DNA from: Euprymna scolopes | Lineage: Eukaryota | Reading direction: 5' to 3' (one strand) | DNA: 64,000 bases | NCBI GenBank assembly: GCA_053919585.1 | Contig: CM132807.1 | Part shown: positions 1 to 13,102 of the stretch, one piece after another | How the letters are laid out: each line of letters begins with the position of its first letter | Numbering within the stretch: position 1 is the first letter of the stretch | Notes under the pieces: model-generated | Database searches by the model: none | What the model saw: the letters and a program-made list of their open reading frames with translations, nothing else | What the model was told of the DNA's origin: nothing | Program-made: the position numbers and the translations under genes

Positions 1-169
1 ACAACAATCGCATGAAAGTGTATCAGTTCCTTTCTGTTGTTCTACTTTATTTTTAATTGTTTTTACGTTACATTTAATACACACGGTATTTCCGTTTATA
101 AAAAAATAAGAAATCTAAATTAATATTTATGTGTATATTAAGGCCGGAAAACGCCTGGCGGCCTGCTAG
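1..169 (+). mobile_element. 3' end of a non-autonomous Helitron-like element (truncated by window start)
   Basis: GC-rich hairpin-like GGCCGGAAAACGCCTGGCGGCC (142-163), then CTAG (166-169) and a flanking T; resembles the 3' termini at 8106-8134 and 11961-11997. Confidence 0.55.
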
Positions 170-1297
170 TGTTTAATATTTGCTAATGTGTTTTTTTAAA
201 GATCACGCACTGAATCGCAAGCAGCAATAAACGTGGAAAATATCATACGATGTTTTTTTTTTATATTTAATGCCTATAATTACATCATCAGAGACTTCTT
301 TGTAATTATGTTTACTTGTGAATGCATAGATAATTTAACAAACAAAAATAACTTCGACAGACACTATATCTCGATCTTTTTACTCCTGCTCGTCATTAAA
401 CCTTTTCCTTTCAAGAAGACAGTTCTATAGAAATAATTTCTTCGGCAAATATAAGATAGAAAAATATTACTCTTGTACCACAAAATTCTAAAATCGCCTT
501 CTTTTAAGGAAAAAAAACCCGTAGAAACCATGAACATACCAGCAGCTCAATTATCTTGATTCAGAATTATCGAACGTGGCAACTGACCCATCGATCTATT
601 TTTCCCTCGACTTCTTTTTAATCCTCTCTATTTTGCTGTCGTTTTCCTAACAGTTTTTTTCTTCCAAAGTTTGCCAAACACAGGCAACGAATATGAAACA
701 AAAAAAGAGTTTATCACAACTCACTGTTTGATTTATCTGTGTACTCTGTGTAAATATGGAAAGAAAAAACATCATGCGAAGAAATTAGTTTCACTAGACG
801 CGTAAGAGGACGTAATGAGATCGACTCGTTTCTTTGATGTTGCTCAATTTCTGCTCTGTCATTTGCACACCAAATTTGATGACAAAATATACTTTCTGTG
901 CTTCTAACTGCCGGTCAGAAAGTCAATTGCGAAAATCATGCTATTTTTGGCGCAATCAAACTAGTGCATTAAGAAAAAAATGGCGACATGCGTTCGTTTT
1001 TTTTCAGGGTTTTGTCTATCCGTTTTTTTTTCAATAAAATTACCATTCGCTTAAAACTACTCGTTTGAAAGTGAACTCCACATTCAGACATGTTCCTTTA
1101 AATGAGAATGCATGTCTTCAATGTGGCTTAAATGATACCAACTTCCTAAAATACATACAGTGGTATAATAAAAAGAACGCATATTTCAGGTGCGTTTTCT
1201 CTATCTCTGCATTATTCATTAAATGGATGTTAAATAATTCATGTTGAGTTTAAGTATTCCTCTTCAACAATAAACCGCGACAGCCACACACATGGAC

Positions 1298-1318
1298 ACA
1301 CACACACACATACACCCC

Positions 1319-1373
<55 letters not shown>

Positions 1374-1489
1374 CAGATGTAAGTATGACGGAACAACCGA
1401 CATATATTGCCGTTTATATAAATGACAGAATTCGTTGAAAGGTATCTGCATTCAGTCTACGCGTTTTTAGATCACAATTATATATGAAT

Positions 1490-1550
<61 letters not shown>
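1298..1550. repeat. (CA)n/(TA)n microsatellite cluster
   Basis: Visible dinucleotide runs at about 1298-1370 and 1493-1550. Confidence 0.95.
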
Positions 1551-2720
1551 GCGTAAATCTTAGAGCATATTCCATGGACAAAGTTTACCTCCTCTCTTGT
1601 GGAACTCTGGCTACAATATGGTCGTTTTCAAGTTAAACGTAAACAAGTCCTAATTGAGCCAGTCCCTATATAATCAAAGTATACCCAATTTTCACAGCTA
1701 ACGACTACTATTCTGTTGTTCTGGTGACAATCATTCATTCAATTACCTTTATCCTTGGGTGGCCTTCAGCATTTGACAAGTTATTTCTCATCTATAAAAA
1801 GCGTCATTAACAGGACAATAAGCAGATACTATTTAAAAAGTGGCCGGTCGTTTCTAGAATTTAATGTTATATTCTGAAAATCCTTTATGTAGCAAGTGTT
1901 ACAGATAAGCAAAAATGATATGTAACACGTAAACATCAGACCAAGAAAATCATATTTGATGCTGAAGTGGTAGAGATAGTACAAACTGATATTTATAGTA
2001 AAGTGTTTCAAATCAACGAAAATGATACTTGAAACCTAAAATCGGAGGCCAACAGTGTTTTTTTTTTAATAATTTAATGCTTCAGACGAACGATATTTAT
2101 ATTTAAAACTTACGCGTAACAGATCAACGGCAATTAAATATTAAATAAAAATGTAACAGACAGGCATCAACGATGTTTTAAACTTAAGTATGACAAACCA
2201 AAAGAAACCTTATTGTTAAAGACTAGAGACAATGGATTCTGCAGCTTTACATTTAGGGGCTAACGAATATTATATACGACATTTAAATACATGCTAACTA
2301 AAGCTTAATTGTTACATTCACTAATGGTATTTCAAATCCAAGTCTTACTGACCGATCGGATGCATTTTTTACGGTCATAAATGTGCCAGGCTATGGAGCA
2401 AGCTATTATACATTGAAGCGTAACTGACAGGCAAAATAATACTCTCGTACAAGCGGTAATATTCGGGAAAAAGTATATTTCAAACCTTAGTAGAAGAACA
2501 CTTAAAAATTATATTGGAATATATTACCTGACAGACTCACTCGAGTTATTCTTAGATATGATTAAATGAATCTCGAAAAATGACGCTACACTTAATCTGC
2601 CAGCATAGCGAAGTAACTGCCATTTACGTATTTTGTTCTGGACGAACCTACCAACTAAGAAGGAAGGGGCACATAAAGACCTTATAAGGATTTTAAAGTG
2701 AACATCCTAAAAAAAGGGTA

Positions 2721-3027
2721 TTGCCTAGCGCAAATCATCAATTTTGTAAGGTGACCACACCATAATGCTTTAAAATAGTTTATGCATCTAAATTGCAGGA
2801 ATATTTTTCGCTACTAAGCACAATCTGAATTCGCGGAATATTTCTTTTGTCTTTTATACTTGTAAAAGTATACATGCCATATTTGCTTCTGACTTCATAC
2901 CGGAAATATGTTGTAAACAGTACATTGCACGCTATTTACTGAGTAAATGAAATATGGAAATTCTAATGTAGAAAAATGCGGTGTGTTAAGTTCGAATTCA
3001 ATCGATTCCATACAACCGCTTTCACTG

Positions 3028-3079
<52 letters not shown>

Positions 3080-3219
3080 CAGTGAAAGCGGTTGAATGGA
3101 ATCGATTGAATTCAGATTGTGCTTAGTAGCGAAAAATATTCCTGCAATTTAGATGCATAAACTATTTTAAAGCATTATGGTGTGGTCACCTTACAAAATT
3201 GATGATTTGCGCTTGGCGA
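2721..3219. repeat. Long inverted repeat centred on (TA)n; right arm runs into an assembly gap
   Basis: 3076-3113 is the reverse complement of 2994-3031; 3108-3219 is the reverse complement of 2721-2832; only a few mismatches; centre (TA)n about 3032-3075. Confidence 0.9.
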
Positions 3220-3500
3220 NNNNNNNNNNNNNNNNNNNNNNNNNNNNNNNNNNNNNNNNNNNNNNNNNNNNNNNNNNNNNNNNNNNNNNNNNNNNNNNNN
3301 NNNNNNNNNNNNNNNNNNNNNNNNNNNNNNNNNNNNNNNNNNNNNNNNNNNNNNNNNNNNNNNNNNNNNNNNNNNNNNNNNNNNATGTTTTAACATTATA
3401 TTTGACAATTAATCTATACGATATTTTAGCATTACATTCCCGTGATAGCCTGGCGAACAGTCACGAGTGTGAAATACGGTAAATTCTGCATCGCTAAAAG

Positions 3501-3573
<73 letters not shown>

Positions 3574-6277
3574 TTCTGAATCAAGATATAGTGATAATCA
3601 TCCCCGTATCTAGAATACTTACTACAACATTTATCGGAAATCAGTGCATCGAGCTGATTGTAAAATATGAGTAACATCTAAACTTTAAGACTTTCAGAGT
3701 TTTGATTAAGTCAGAAAAATAAACTTTGGATTTATGTCTAATGGCTGTAAATTAGTCAAATGTAAATGTGATATTCGTGCATTTTCAAATAGGAAATTGT
3801 TTCTACAGTATTCGTTTTTAATCATGCAAGCACGTTTCTGTATGGCAAGCTCGATTCGATCTCTACTTTCAATGATTGATCTTATTAAAATAAGAAAATT
3901 GAATGGTAAGTAAGATGAAGTGTCCAAAAAGGACAAAAGAAACAAATACTCCGCTTGAAGATTACAGTTTTCTAGCACTTGAAAAGGTAGCTTATTCGTT
4001 GTTGCGAGACAAAAAAGCAATGGTAAACGGTTTTTACAATAATACACGTACTTTTCTGTAATGCTTATCGACAGATACATAGAAGACTGGGCTATAAGGA
4101 GATTTATTTTGCTTAAACACCGGCAAACCCTGCCGATTTCTATCAGAAAGCAAGTACTGATGGTGACAAGTGGAGAAACTTCTATTGAGTAAATAATAAT
4201 AGATCGGCCTGTGAAATACAAGGGATCGTTCTCATTTCCATATTTATTAAATCCAAAAGTTTAAGTATCTGTAAAATAAACCATAGTATATATATATATA
4301 TATATCGAATGGATACTGCACTGACACTATGAAGATTAAACCCGCTTAGCCAAATGAGGAAGTTCCATCGAAGTAAGAAATTAAATGGCATGATAATAAA
4401 ATAATACAATACAACGTTTTATGTACGTTGCGTTTTGTTTGTTTTACAGTTAGTATTTTTTTCCAGAATAAAGGCATTTGAATATATAATACGCTCGCCA
4501 AAGTCTCGTATAGCTTTCATACTACAATTAAACGATAACGGGCGTATACATGTTATATTTCATTGCCTATCATATTTAAAATACAACACTGGTAGCATTC
4601 TACACGAGCACCAAAATGTAAAAAAATAAGTACGATTACTTGGCTGTAATTCAACGGAGGAACTGAGGAAACTTGCTCTTTTAAGCTGATTATTTTTACT
4701 TGATAAAACTGGCAAGTTACTGCCGAATTGAGTTCTCTGTTACTTTAGTCTTGCGCCAATCAATTCGCTACCGTGAGCGCTATAGTGTTATGTTCCAATC
4801 CTCAGTTCGGCTGATAACTCATAACTATGGCTTTCACAACAGACTATTATTTTTATTCTTTAGATTCCAAGTGTATATTTGACACAGTAAGACACAGTCA
4901 ATCAAGAGAGAAACACATCAAAATATATGAACATACATACGTTATTAACGGATATATACCCAAGAGTCAAAACAATGAAAAATATGTTATTTAATAGCCC
5001 TTCTCATAACTTCCACTGAATTACAGTGCTCCCACAACTGGTTGCCACTGTACTCCATGGATGATTGCCCAACAATTGAAGATTGGCTGTAAAATAGTGT
5101 GCTTGTATAACAAGGATATACATTTACTACATGGAAATGCATAACATACANNNNNNNNNNNNNNNNNNNNNNNNNNNNNNNNNNNNNNNNNNNNNNNNNN
5201 NNNNNNNNNNNNNNNNNNNNNNNNNNNNNNNNNNNNNNNNNNNNNNNNNNNNNNNNNNNNNNNNNNNNNNNNNNNNNNNNNNNNNNNNNNNNNNNNNNAT
5301 TGTTATCTATAACATGCCAACTTCATATTGGAGCAGATGAATGAACGCCGAGTGTTGCAGAGAAAGTCTATGGGCAACAAACCCCTCAGACTCTCCAAAA
5401 TACAGCTGTATGCCAGTGAACACCAGTGCACGCCAGGACATCCAGTGACAGCAGATTTTGTTCGGGACCTGAAGACGCTACTAGTCATGGCTGATAGTGA
5501 TTAATAGTTACCGACATCAAACGACAGTCAAAGTTGTCAATGTTAAAAAAACAGAATATTACAGATTTAAATGCCCAACCATGGTCAGTTGAGGAACAGA
5601 AGGCCCTATTATTTTACGATTCAAATTCAAAGTTTACGAAAATGGAGCAAACCTACGAACACAATAATTACCCAGACAATAAAACAAACTGACAGCTCGT
5701 AAAACAAGAAAATTACACATGTTGCTCGCCTACGATAGTTTCTATCCCAAATTAGCCGTTATATCTATGAAGATGACAGCAGCATCATAAGTAATAAAAA
5801 ATTAAAAGATGAAAATAACTACCATTATCTCCCAATCAGTAAGTAATATAGCCAGGCGGAGACATAGGGGAGATGGGAGGAGGAATTAAAATGAACCGTT
5901 CTAATTTATATCGAATATGATCAAGCAAAACCCGCCGAAGAGAATCTAGGAGGAAACATTTATCCCATGTCTCCAGGCAAAAACTGTTCAGTGCTACCTT
6001 GGAGTTAAAAGAAAACTTCAGTCATCTATAAATAATAAGATCACTCGATAATTAAATTAAAATCTACTTGAATAAACTTGAAAAATACAATTATACTCGA
6101 AGGGACGGTAAGAATCTTTAAATAATATTTTAGTATGAGTGAATAAATTTGCGGCTGATTGTCTTGCATCCAGTTAAATTAAATACAAAAGGTAAGGATA
6201 TATATATATATTTTCACTATTTACTTTTACAGTGCTCAATACATAGGTAATTCTAGGTAGTAAGTTATAAAAATATA

Positions 6278-6408
6278 TACAGCGATTAAGCTATACAGGA
6301 AATTCCGCGTTTCATTCTATGTAGCATAACGGGTATTCGCCAAACTTATGACTGGCGAATTCTACCGAGAATGAAATGCGGAATATTTTCTGTAGCTTAC
6401 CTGCCATA
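6278..6408. mobile_element. Small foldback/MITE-like element
   Basis: Imperfect inverted arms 6287-6324 and 6362-6399, inner IR ATTCGCCA/TGGCGAAT, TA-rich flanks. Confidence 0.55.
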
Positions 6409-6881
6409 TATATGTTTTTTTTTTAATAATTTAATATGAATGCATATTCATCTGTAATATAGTGTTATGTCTATTTTGTACCTAAGTCTATATTTAAGTA
6501 ATTTAACTTTATTTATAAAATATTATTATCTCGCTCTACGTTTTATTTTTTTATGTTTTGTAAAGTGTGCTTTCTTTTCTTACTCTCTCTGACATCTTCT
6601 CCATTTTTATCTCTCTCCTTCTTCTAATTAAACCTCTCCTGCCTTCCTTTTATCGTGTTTTTCTTTTTTTATTTTCCCGTTTTACCTCATTAATCCATCT
6701 CATGTTCTTCTCTATTTCTCTTCGTTTTCACTTCCAATCATGGAAAATATCTTCTTAAAGACCGTATGCTCACAGGTGATAAAACGTACCGCAATCAAAG
6801 TAACATTGGTTAATATAGTTTAACTCAAAGAGCGAAACTCGTGTTTTTCATCATTTTAAGCGAGAATTTTGAACGGATCAA

Positions 6882-6985
6882 TCTGTATATAAATAACGAA
6901 GCCATTTCCCCCTCTGAGTTTGATCTTAATTGGATTAAAACTCAAGATATTTCATGCAAATGTAACCTGCACAAACTGCAGCACG
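6882..6985 (+). mobile_element. 5' end of a Helitron-like family also present at 11961-12621
   Basis: A|TCTGTATATAAATAA...GGATTAAAACTCAAGATATTTCATGCAAATGTAACCTGCACAAAC matches the reverse complement of 12510-12621. Confidence 0.6.
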
Positions 6986-7417
6986 TTAACTCAGTTGGTA
7001 GTTCCATGAACCCAATTACTATTACGCTATCGATATGGTACCAGACGGCATTCCAATTGTTAAAAAGCGACATCAAAGAAAAAATACAAAAAAGAAAACA
7101 AAACGAAACACATAACAAACCGTTATACTTACACCTAACAATTATACGGTTAAACATATTTTTTTGCATAAAAAAAAACAACAATTAAAAAAATAGGACT
7201 AAAATCTATTAAACATGTATTCGTTATGCACGGTAAGTTTTCTGGTTTTATTTATTTATTTTTTTCATTTGTACTTGTTTCCTGTTTGTTTTGTTTCTTC
7301 GCTTTTCTTGCAGAAAACAAACCAACAAAAAATAAAAAAAACAAAATAAAATAAAATAAACATAATTGCATTTTACACGGTAAGGTTTCTGGGAGTTTTT
7401 TTTCCATTTGTATTCAT

Positions 7418-7470
7418 TTTGTTTGTTTGTTTGTTTGTTTGTTTGTTTGTTTGCTTGGTTTGTTTTGTTT
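7418..7470. repeat. (TTTG)n microsatellite
   Basis: Visible tetranucleotide run. Confidence 0.9.
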
Positions 7471-7844
7471 TTCCTTTACTCTGCGGCTGAGACCGATGAC
7501 TGCCGGTCTCGCCCGAACAATGCCTGACGTGAATGACGGGAATTAGGGTAAAACTATGCAGGACGAGCATTTTTTTTTCACTTTTTTTTGTCCCTTTCTT
7601 ACATTTTTCCACAGTGTTTGCCATTAATTCTTTCAATTTTACGCTCATAAAAGACATAAACATAACAGTATACATATTTGGCTCTTTACCAGGGGGGCAA
7701 ATACAGTTTCGTTTCTTCGCCAGATTGTACACTAGCAGAACAAATTCAACATAACTTCTTACGGTTTTTTCGTTTACAAAATACAGCCCGCTGTTTGCAT
7801 TTACAGAAAAATACTCCCGTCATATATTAGCAAATCAAGGGGCA

Positions 7845-8134
7845 TCTATAAATATAAAAAGCGAAAATGTATGTGTTTGTTCGCTTCTTCAGCGCAAAAA
7901 TAGGTCAGACTCGCATCTGTTCATTTCTCTTCATAAACCTTCATACAAAGCACTTATCAGTTACTCTCCATCGTGGCACAGATGTATAGGTGAATGGTTT
8001 TCTCCCTTTTGTTTCAACCCTCGCGTCAAGGCTTCGGGGTCCAATCCGACCTTCCGATCATTTTTTTTCTTTTACACCTCATTTTAACACACACACCTCC
8101 AAAAACCAGGACAACGCCGGGTACCCCCCGCTTG
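7845..8134 (+). mobile_element. Non-autonomous Helitron-like element (about 290 bp)
   Basis: 5' A|TCTATAAATATAAAAAGCGAAAATGTATGTGTTTGT; 3' hairpin CCAGGACAACGCCGGGTACCCCCCG followed by CTTG|T (CTAG-like); inserted between A and T with no TSD. Confidence 0.65.
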
Positions 8135-8329
8135 TTAATAATACATTTCAGTGAAAAAGATATTAATGGCTATATATCATTAGATAAATACAAGATTGTT
8201 TAACTATAATATTTATATATTTATTTTTTAAACTTCGTTTACTCTAGTTATGGTTTCAGTGGTAAGGATACAGCTTCCTATTACTAACTGATTAATTCCT
8301 ACATTGAGCACGTTTAATTATCTTACAGC

Positions 8330-8650
8330 TAACCTCTTCGTTTATTTCCATCTTCCTCAAAAAAGAAACGTAGCGAATCTATCTCAGATCATCGGAGCTT
8401 TCCCGGCAACTGAGCTAATGCCAATGCTAGATCATTCACAGTGGGCACTCGTCTAACTACATCAACTGCTAAAATGGCTCTTATTCTCTATATGTGACTA
8501 AAATTAAAGGTAACTTCTAGTATCCTTTTGTTCTAGGAATGTCCGTCTATGTAACACAATTCTTCGGGATGGTTTCCCAGAGTACTATAACATGACCGGT
8601 TCCAAGTCTAACGTGCACAAGTCCTCTTTAGCCCAGCTTATAAATAAGTA
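8330..8650 (+). mobile_element. Decayed CR1-like LINE 3' fragment
   Basis: With frameshifts reads like VFPEYYNMTG(F)KSNVHK, matching the ORF2 C-terminus of the other LINE copies here. Confidence 0.5.
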
Positions 8651-9799
8651 AAATCTACTTCAATTCCATTATTACCAATTGTAATAATTTTGTCTCAGCC
8701 GCCATTATAAGACGCATTAACCTTTATTCTTGAGTAGCATTTTGGTATGGATATTTATGTTTAGTAAAGAAAGAAAGAGTAAGTTTTTACTCCAATTTGA
8801 TAATCGTCATTTGCTGTGGTTTAAGCATATTGGTAAATATGATTACTAGTTGTCATCAAAGATGATTATGATGTCTTCTAAAATTTATGGATTAGATGTA
8901 ATGGTCAGTATATTTCTAACATTTCAGTTATTTCGTAATTTATGCTTATATTGAATCATACGATATCTCATTATTTAAAAAAAAAACACATTCGAAGTTT
9001 TTAACAAAACTAGAATTATTAGCGTACCTATTTTACTGAAGAACTGTGTAAGATTAGGCAACATAGTTGAAATGATGGAGTAAATACAAATACAAATAAA
9101 CTAAACACAGCTGTTTCCAAAAGTTCAAACGTGTAATTGTCATTTAAATTGGATAATTTACACCGGTATTCACTGATGATAAAATAATCCAGTAACAATA
9201 TAAACCATGTATCAGATTTAGGATATTTTATTTTGGAACTTACAACTCAATTATACAGTTCAATATATTTTAAACGCGGGTTGGTATTCTGGACTATACC
9301 ATAATTCATTCACACTTCCGATTGCAATATATTTGGGTAAACTATTAAGGCGTACAGATCCATTGACTGTTTGATATGTACTATGGGAACATTACCTATG
9401 CGTTAATGGAATCTTGGAAATACTCTATCAATTAAGAGTCAAGTACTGTCGGCTATATAGAAGTCTACCTATATCTGGGTGTCAAGTAAGCCTAGGTTAC
9501 GTCCCCAACTGTTGTATATCGTGTTACCTTTTCAATATATTATTAACTTTAAACAGTATACCATATACAGAATTGTTTTCTTCTTATTCCTGAAAATGTG
9601 TTAAAATTTAATTGGCTTTAAGATTTCAATATACTCTATTTTTATATCAGATTCACTATTTAGCTATGTCCGATAGCCACGCGAGGATGAAGTTTAATGG
9701 GTGTACGATGGTCACAAGTATTAACTAAGATTACATCCTATTAATGGTTAATGGTAGAATTAAATAGAAATATATTATTTAGAGGGGCGGCTACACAAA

Positions 9800-10000
9800 T
9801 ATTTGTTTATATTCGCCTTGAAGACGGCTGGACAGCCGGCCACCGGAAGAGAGTATCACAGGCCGGCAGTTCTAAGAAATAAGCGATGTCCATGGAATTT
9901 GTTTTTAAATTTGGGCACAGATAAAGGGTAGGGGACATTATTTCGAGGCGGTGTAGCTTACCTAGTGATTTTTGCTGCACTTTGGCAAAGTGGGGCAAAA
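9800..10000 (-). mobile_element. Decayed CR1-like LINE 3' fragment
   Basis: Similar to 38570-38840 and to the reverse complement of 11530-11680. Confidence 0.5.
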
Positions 10001-10834
10001 TAGATTAAAGCTGAGACAAGCACATGCCATAGGGAATAAGGATAAAACGTAAAAGTGCTTGATTTGTCTTTCCGTTGAAAAGAAACATACAGTACAAGAT
10101 AGGGAACAACCACCAGATTTCGAAGGCAGTTTTGAATTTTATGAAAGCGGATTAGGATGCTCAGAGCTATTATCCTCCAGATAGTGCAACGCCTTTTTTA
10201 CGTATCTTCCTCTAAGACATAAAAAATAATCTTGCTACACTACACCTTTTTGTTCTTTCTTCTGGTTCCTACGGAGTAAAGTATTCACAATTAATTGATT
10301 GTGTAATTCATTAATTACTTATTTTTACATACAGTACATTATTTGATTCATTCTAACATACATGGTGTATAGTTCATATCAGTGATACATGTTTGTACTT
10401 ATTTTATCACTTACAAAGACGTATCCATCTTGAATTGCAAATAGTTGTACTAGATTTTTTTAGATTTTCCAAATGTATATAATGCGGATTATTCAGATTA
10501 TAGCACTAATCCAGAATATCAATTCATTTAAAATGATAGTCTTCTGAAAGTGCCATGTTCTTTGTACGAGCGGCACTATGAATACAATGTAAAATTATTT
10601 ACAGCTTCATTCAGAAGAAACTACCCCCGTACATTATGTAAATCATTTTGTTTGAAATCCCGTACAGATTTCCAAGTCCGTTAAGTTTCATCTATAAAAA
10701 GATCGGGATTTACATCGGTTGCATTTTGACTAACCCTACATACACTACTTGTTTTCAATTCAACGCAGAGTTTTTTTTTATTTTTGACAAAAACCGTTTA
10801 TTTAATATGAGAATGTTTCTAAAAATTATCTGCA

Positions 10835-11700
10835 GTAAGAATCTTCCAAATCACATCCTTACATCATTCGTAGACATTTATGCTGATGACACTACCATCT
10901 ATGGTAGCACATCTAAGACCGTAAACGGCCAAGTTATCTGCGATTCTCTCTCCTCTGATCTTGAACATGTGGTACAATGGGGACAGGAATGACTGGTTAC
11001 TTTTAATGCATCTAAAACCAAGCTTTTATCTTTATATCATCAACACTCGTATCCCCTTCTGGCATCAATTGAAATGGGAGGCTATCGTCTTGCGGAAGCC
11101 TCATTTTTTTACAAGCTTCTGGGCTTGACCTTTACTCTTAATCGTAAATGGAACACGTACATCAAAATTGTCGCCAAGGCCGCTGGAAAAATAGTGGGAT
11201 CTTTCTATCGTTCCAGTACATATCTCCCTGCTGATGCAATTATCTATCTATATAAGAACCAGGTTCGTCAAAGGATGGAGTACTGTTTCCACATCTGCGC
11301 AGGAGTTGCTAGAAAGGACTTGCCCTTTATTGATTCAAAATAGATTTCCTAGCCCCGTAGAATATGCCCTATTCTCTTCCCTGCAACCTCTATCTCACAG
11401 AAAAGTTGTTGCGCGTTTTTTCTACCTAATCGTTATTTTCATGGCAAGTTATCGGCTGAGCTTCAATCTATGAACACCCCTCACCAAACTTTCACTAGAA
11501 ACACTCCTCTAACTGAAAACAATATCAATAATACCCCACTCTTTATCTCTGCCAAAACCTGAACGTAAATTCAAACTTTCTAAGAAGTGCACGCATGTAC
11601 AACTTCCGTTTTCGTCCTTTCCAGCTGATTACAATCTGATTGTCTTCAAGTCCAACGTTAACAATTTCTTGATGAGCTGTTCCACTTAAGTTAACAATTT
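10835..11700 (+). mobile_element. 5'-truncated, degenerate CR1-like (CR1/L2 group) non-LTR retrotransposon; RT C-terminal half
   Basis: YADDTTIY motif (ORF 10648), then QWGQE*LVTFNASKTKLL, LGLTF..WNTYI..VAKAAGK.VG, YLYKNQVRQRMEYC; stops and frameshifts. Confidence 0.85.
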
Positions 11701-11960
11701 TACCGAATTCCCGTTACTAACCATAACAATATTGCCCATTTTACGACTGTACACTTTTAACTCCTATCCTATCAATACTGAGTTTTATTCCAAACTTCTC
11801 ATGCAAGTATCTATCATTGACCTACGAACAATTTTATGTAATAAACTCTTAATTAAATTTGTTTCATCTGGTTTTTATATAGATGGAAAATTGAGGTAAG
11901 TGGACCCCACTATTTTTGAAGCGCCTTTAGCAACATATGTTATTTATGTTTTATTTTAGA

Positions 11961-12621
11961 CTAGCGGGGGTACCCGGCGTTGCCCGAGTGTTTGTTTCCG
12001 GGACGGGGGGAGTTTTAAAAATGTTATGGTAGGTAAGTAGGAAGGATCAAACCCGGAGTCTTGAGTAAAAGTAGGAAAATAAAGTGTGAAAAAAAAAAAA
12101 CATCTGCAACGCTAACAGTTCGGCAACCAAGAAAAGTCCATTCCAGTTGTTTAGGGGAAAAAAAACGACGACGGTAGGTCGGCGCGAACGTGAAAATATA
12201 ATGTGAATTGTCCAACACGCTAACCACTACGCCACAGAGCAATGCAGCTTAGTTTAGTGATTTTAAATAACTTCACATTAAAGAACTACGAAGCCAAACC
12301 GGTGTTCTCTTCTCAACTGTTCCTTGTGAACGATCCCCAAACGGTGTTAAGTGGTGGCAGGGGGGGGGGAGGAATTTTTGAGAGAGAAACTATTTTACCA
12401 CTTCCATTGATCTTAACCGATTTTGGCCGTGACTTCTCAGCAGAAAAAAGTATAGCAATCTAAGATTATCGAGGAATTTAAGAAATAATAAGCCTATAAC
12501 ACACCTCAGATATTGTTCTGCCGTTTGTGCATATTATATTTGCATGAAATATCTTGATTTTTAATCCTATTAATGTCAAAATCCGACGGGAAAAATGAGT
12601 TCATTTTATTTATATAGAAGA
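11961..12621 (-). mobile_element. Non-autonomous Helitron-like element (about 660 bp)
   Basis: On the minus strand: 5' A|TCTTCTATATAAATAAAATGAA; 3' hairpin CTCGGGCAACGCCGGGTACCCCCG then CTAG|T. Confidence 0.75.
12176..12240 (-). mobile_element. tRNA-derived SINE head embedded in the Helitron-like element
   Basis: Minus strand GCTCTGTGGCGTAGTGGTTAGCGTGTTGGAC (A box), then GTTCGCGCC (B-box-like). Confidence 0.5.
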
Positions 12622-12750
12622 TAGAAGAAGAAGAAAGAAGAAGATTAGGAGTAAAGGACAAACCAAGAAACCTATCAGATCCTTGAGCTTCCAAAGAGTG
12701 AGCAATTCAATTAAAAAAAAAATGTAAAAATTGAGGCATCGCTAATAGAT

Positions 12751-12833
12751 TGCACCGTGGCCCATATGGTTAGTTCGTCAGTATTACACATTTCATGCGT
12801 GCGACGACCTGGGTTCGCGCCTATGTTGGAGCA
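12751..12833 (+). mobile_element. tRNA-derived SINE head (tRNA pseudogene-like)
   Basis: A box TGGCCCATATGG (12758-12769), B-box-like GGTTCGCGCC (12812-12821), residual acceptor-stem pairing GCACC/GGAGC; no clean cloverleaf. Confidence 0.55.
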
Positions 12834-12959
12834 CGTCACTGATCAGGTGTATTACATCGAAACCCACTTTGTGTCTGGCGTTTTCCGTTGTCGATGCAAT
12901 TGCTCGATTCTATCTAATTCTGAGTTCTAGCTTTATCGTGAAAAGTGTATGTGAACGGG

Positions 12960-12990
<31 letters not shown>

Positions 12991-13102
12991 GTTTCTTTTG
13001 TGTTAAGATGAAACGAAAAAAGAATGTGTTTGTAATAAATCTAGTAAGACGTAAGAAATCAATGTGATATTTATGTACGGGTTCATGTTTTTAGATACTT
13101 AC

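Noticed and set aside
1452-1475. AAACGCGTAG (minus) resembling an HHR stem III tail between TA tracts
   Set aside because: Catalytic core missing
5570-6100. PWSVEEQKALLFY, resembling the N-terminus of site-specific non-LTR ORFs
   Set aside because: Single weak motif with no downstream RT support
9290-9530. Possible RTE-like RT traces (also about 57400-57510 and 63000-63200)
   Set aside because: Only faint motif resemblance requiring several frameshifts
12751-12833. Functional tRNA gene
   Set aside because: A/B boxes only; arms do not form a canonical cloverleaf, so treated as a SINE head (same for 12176-12240 and 33311-33354)
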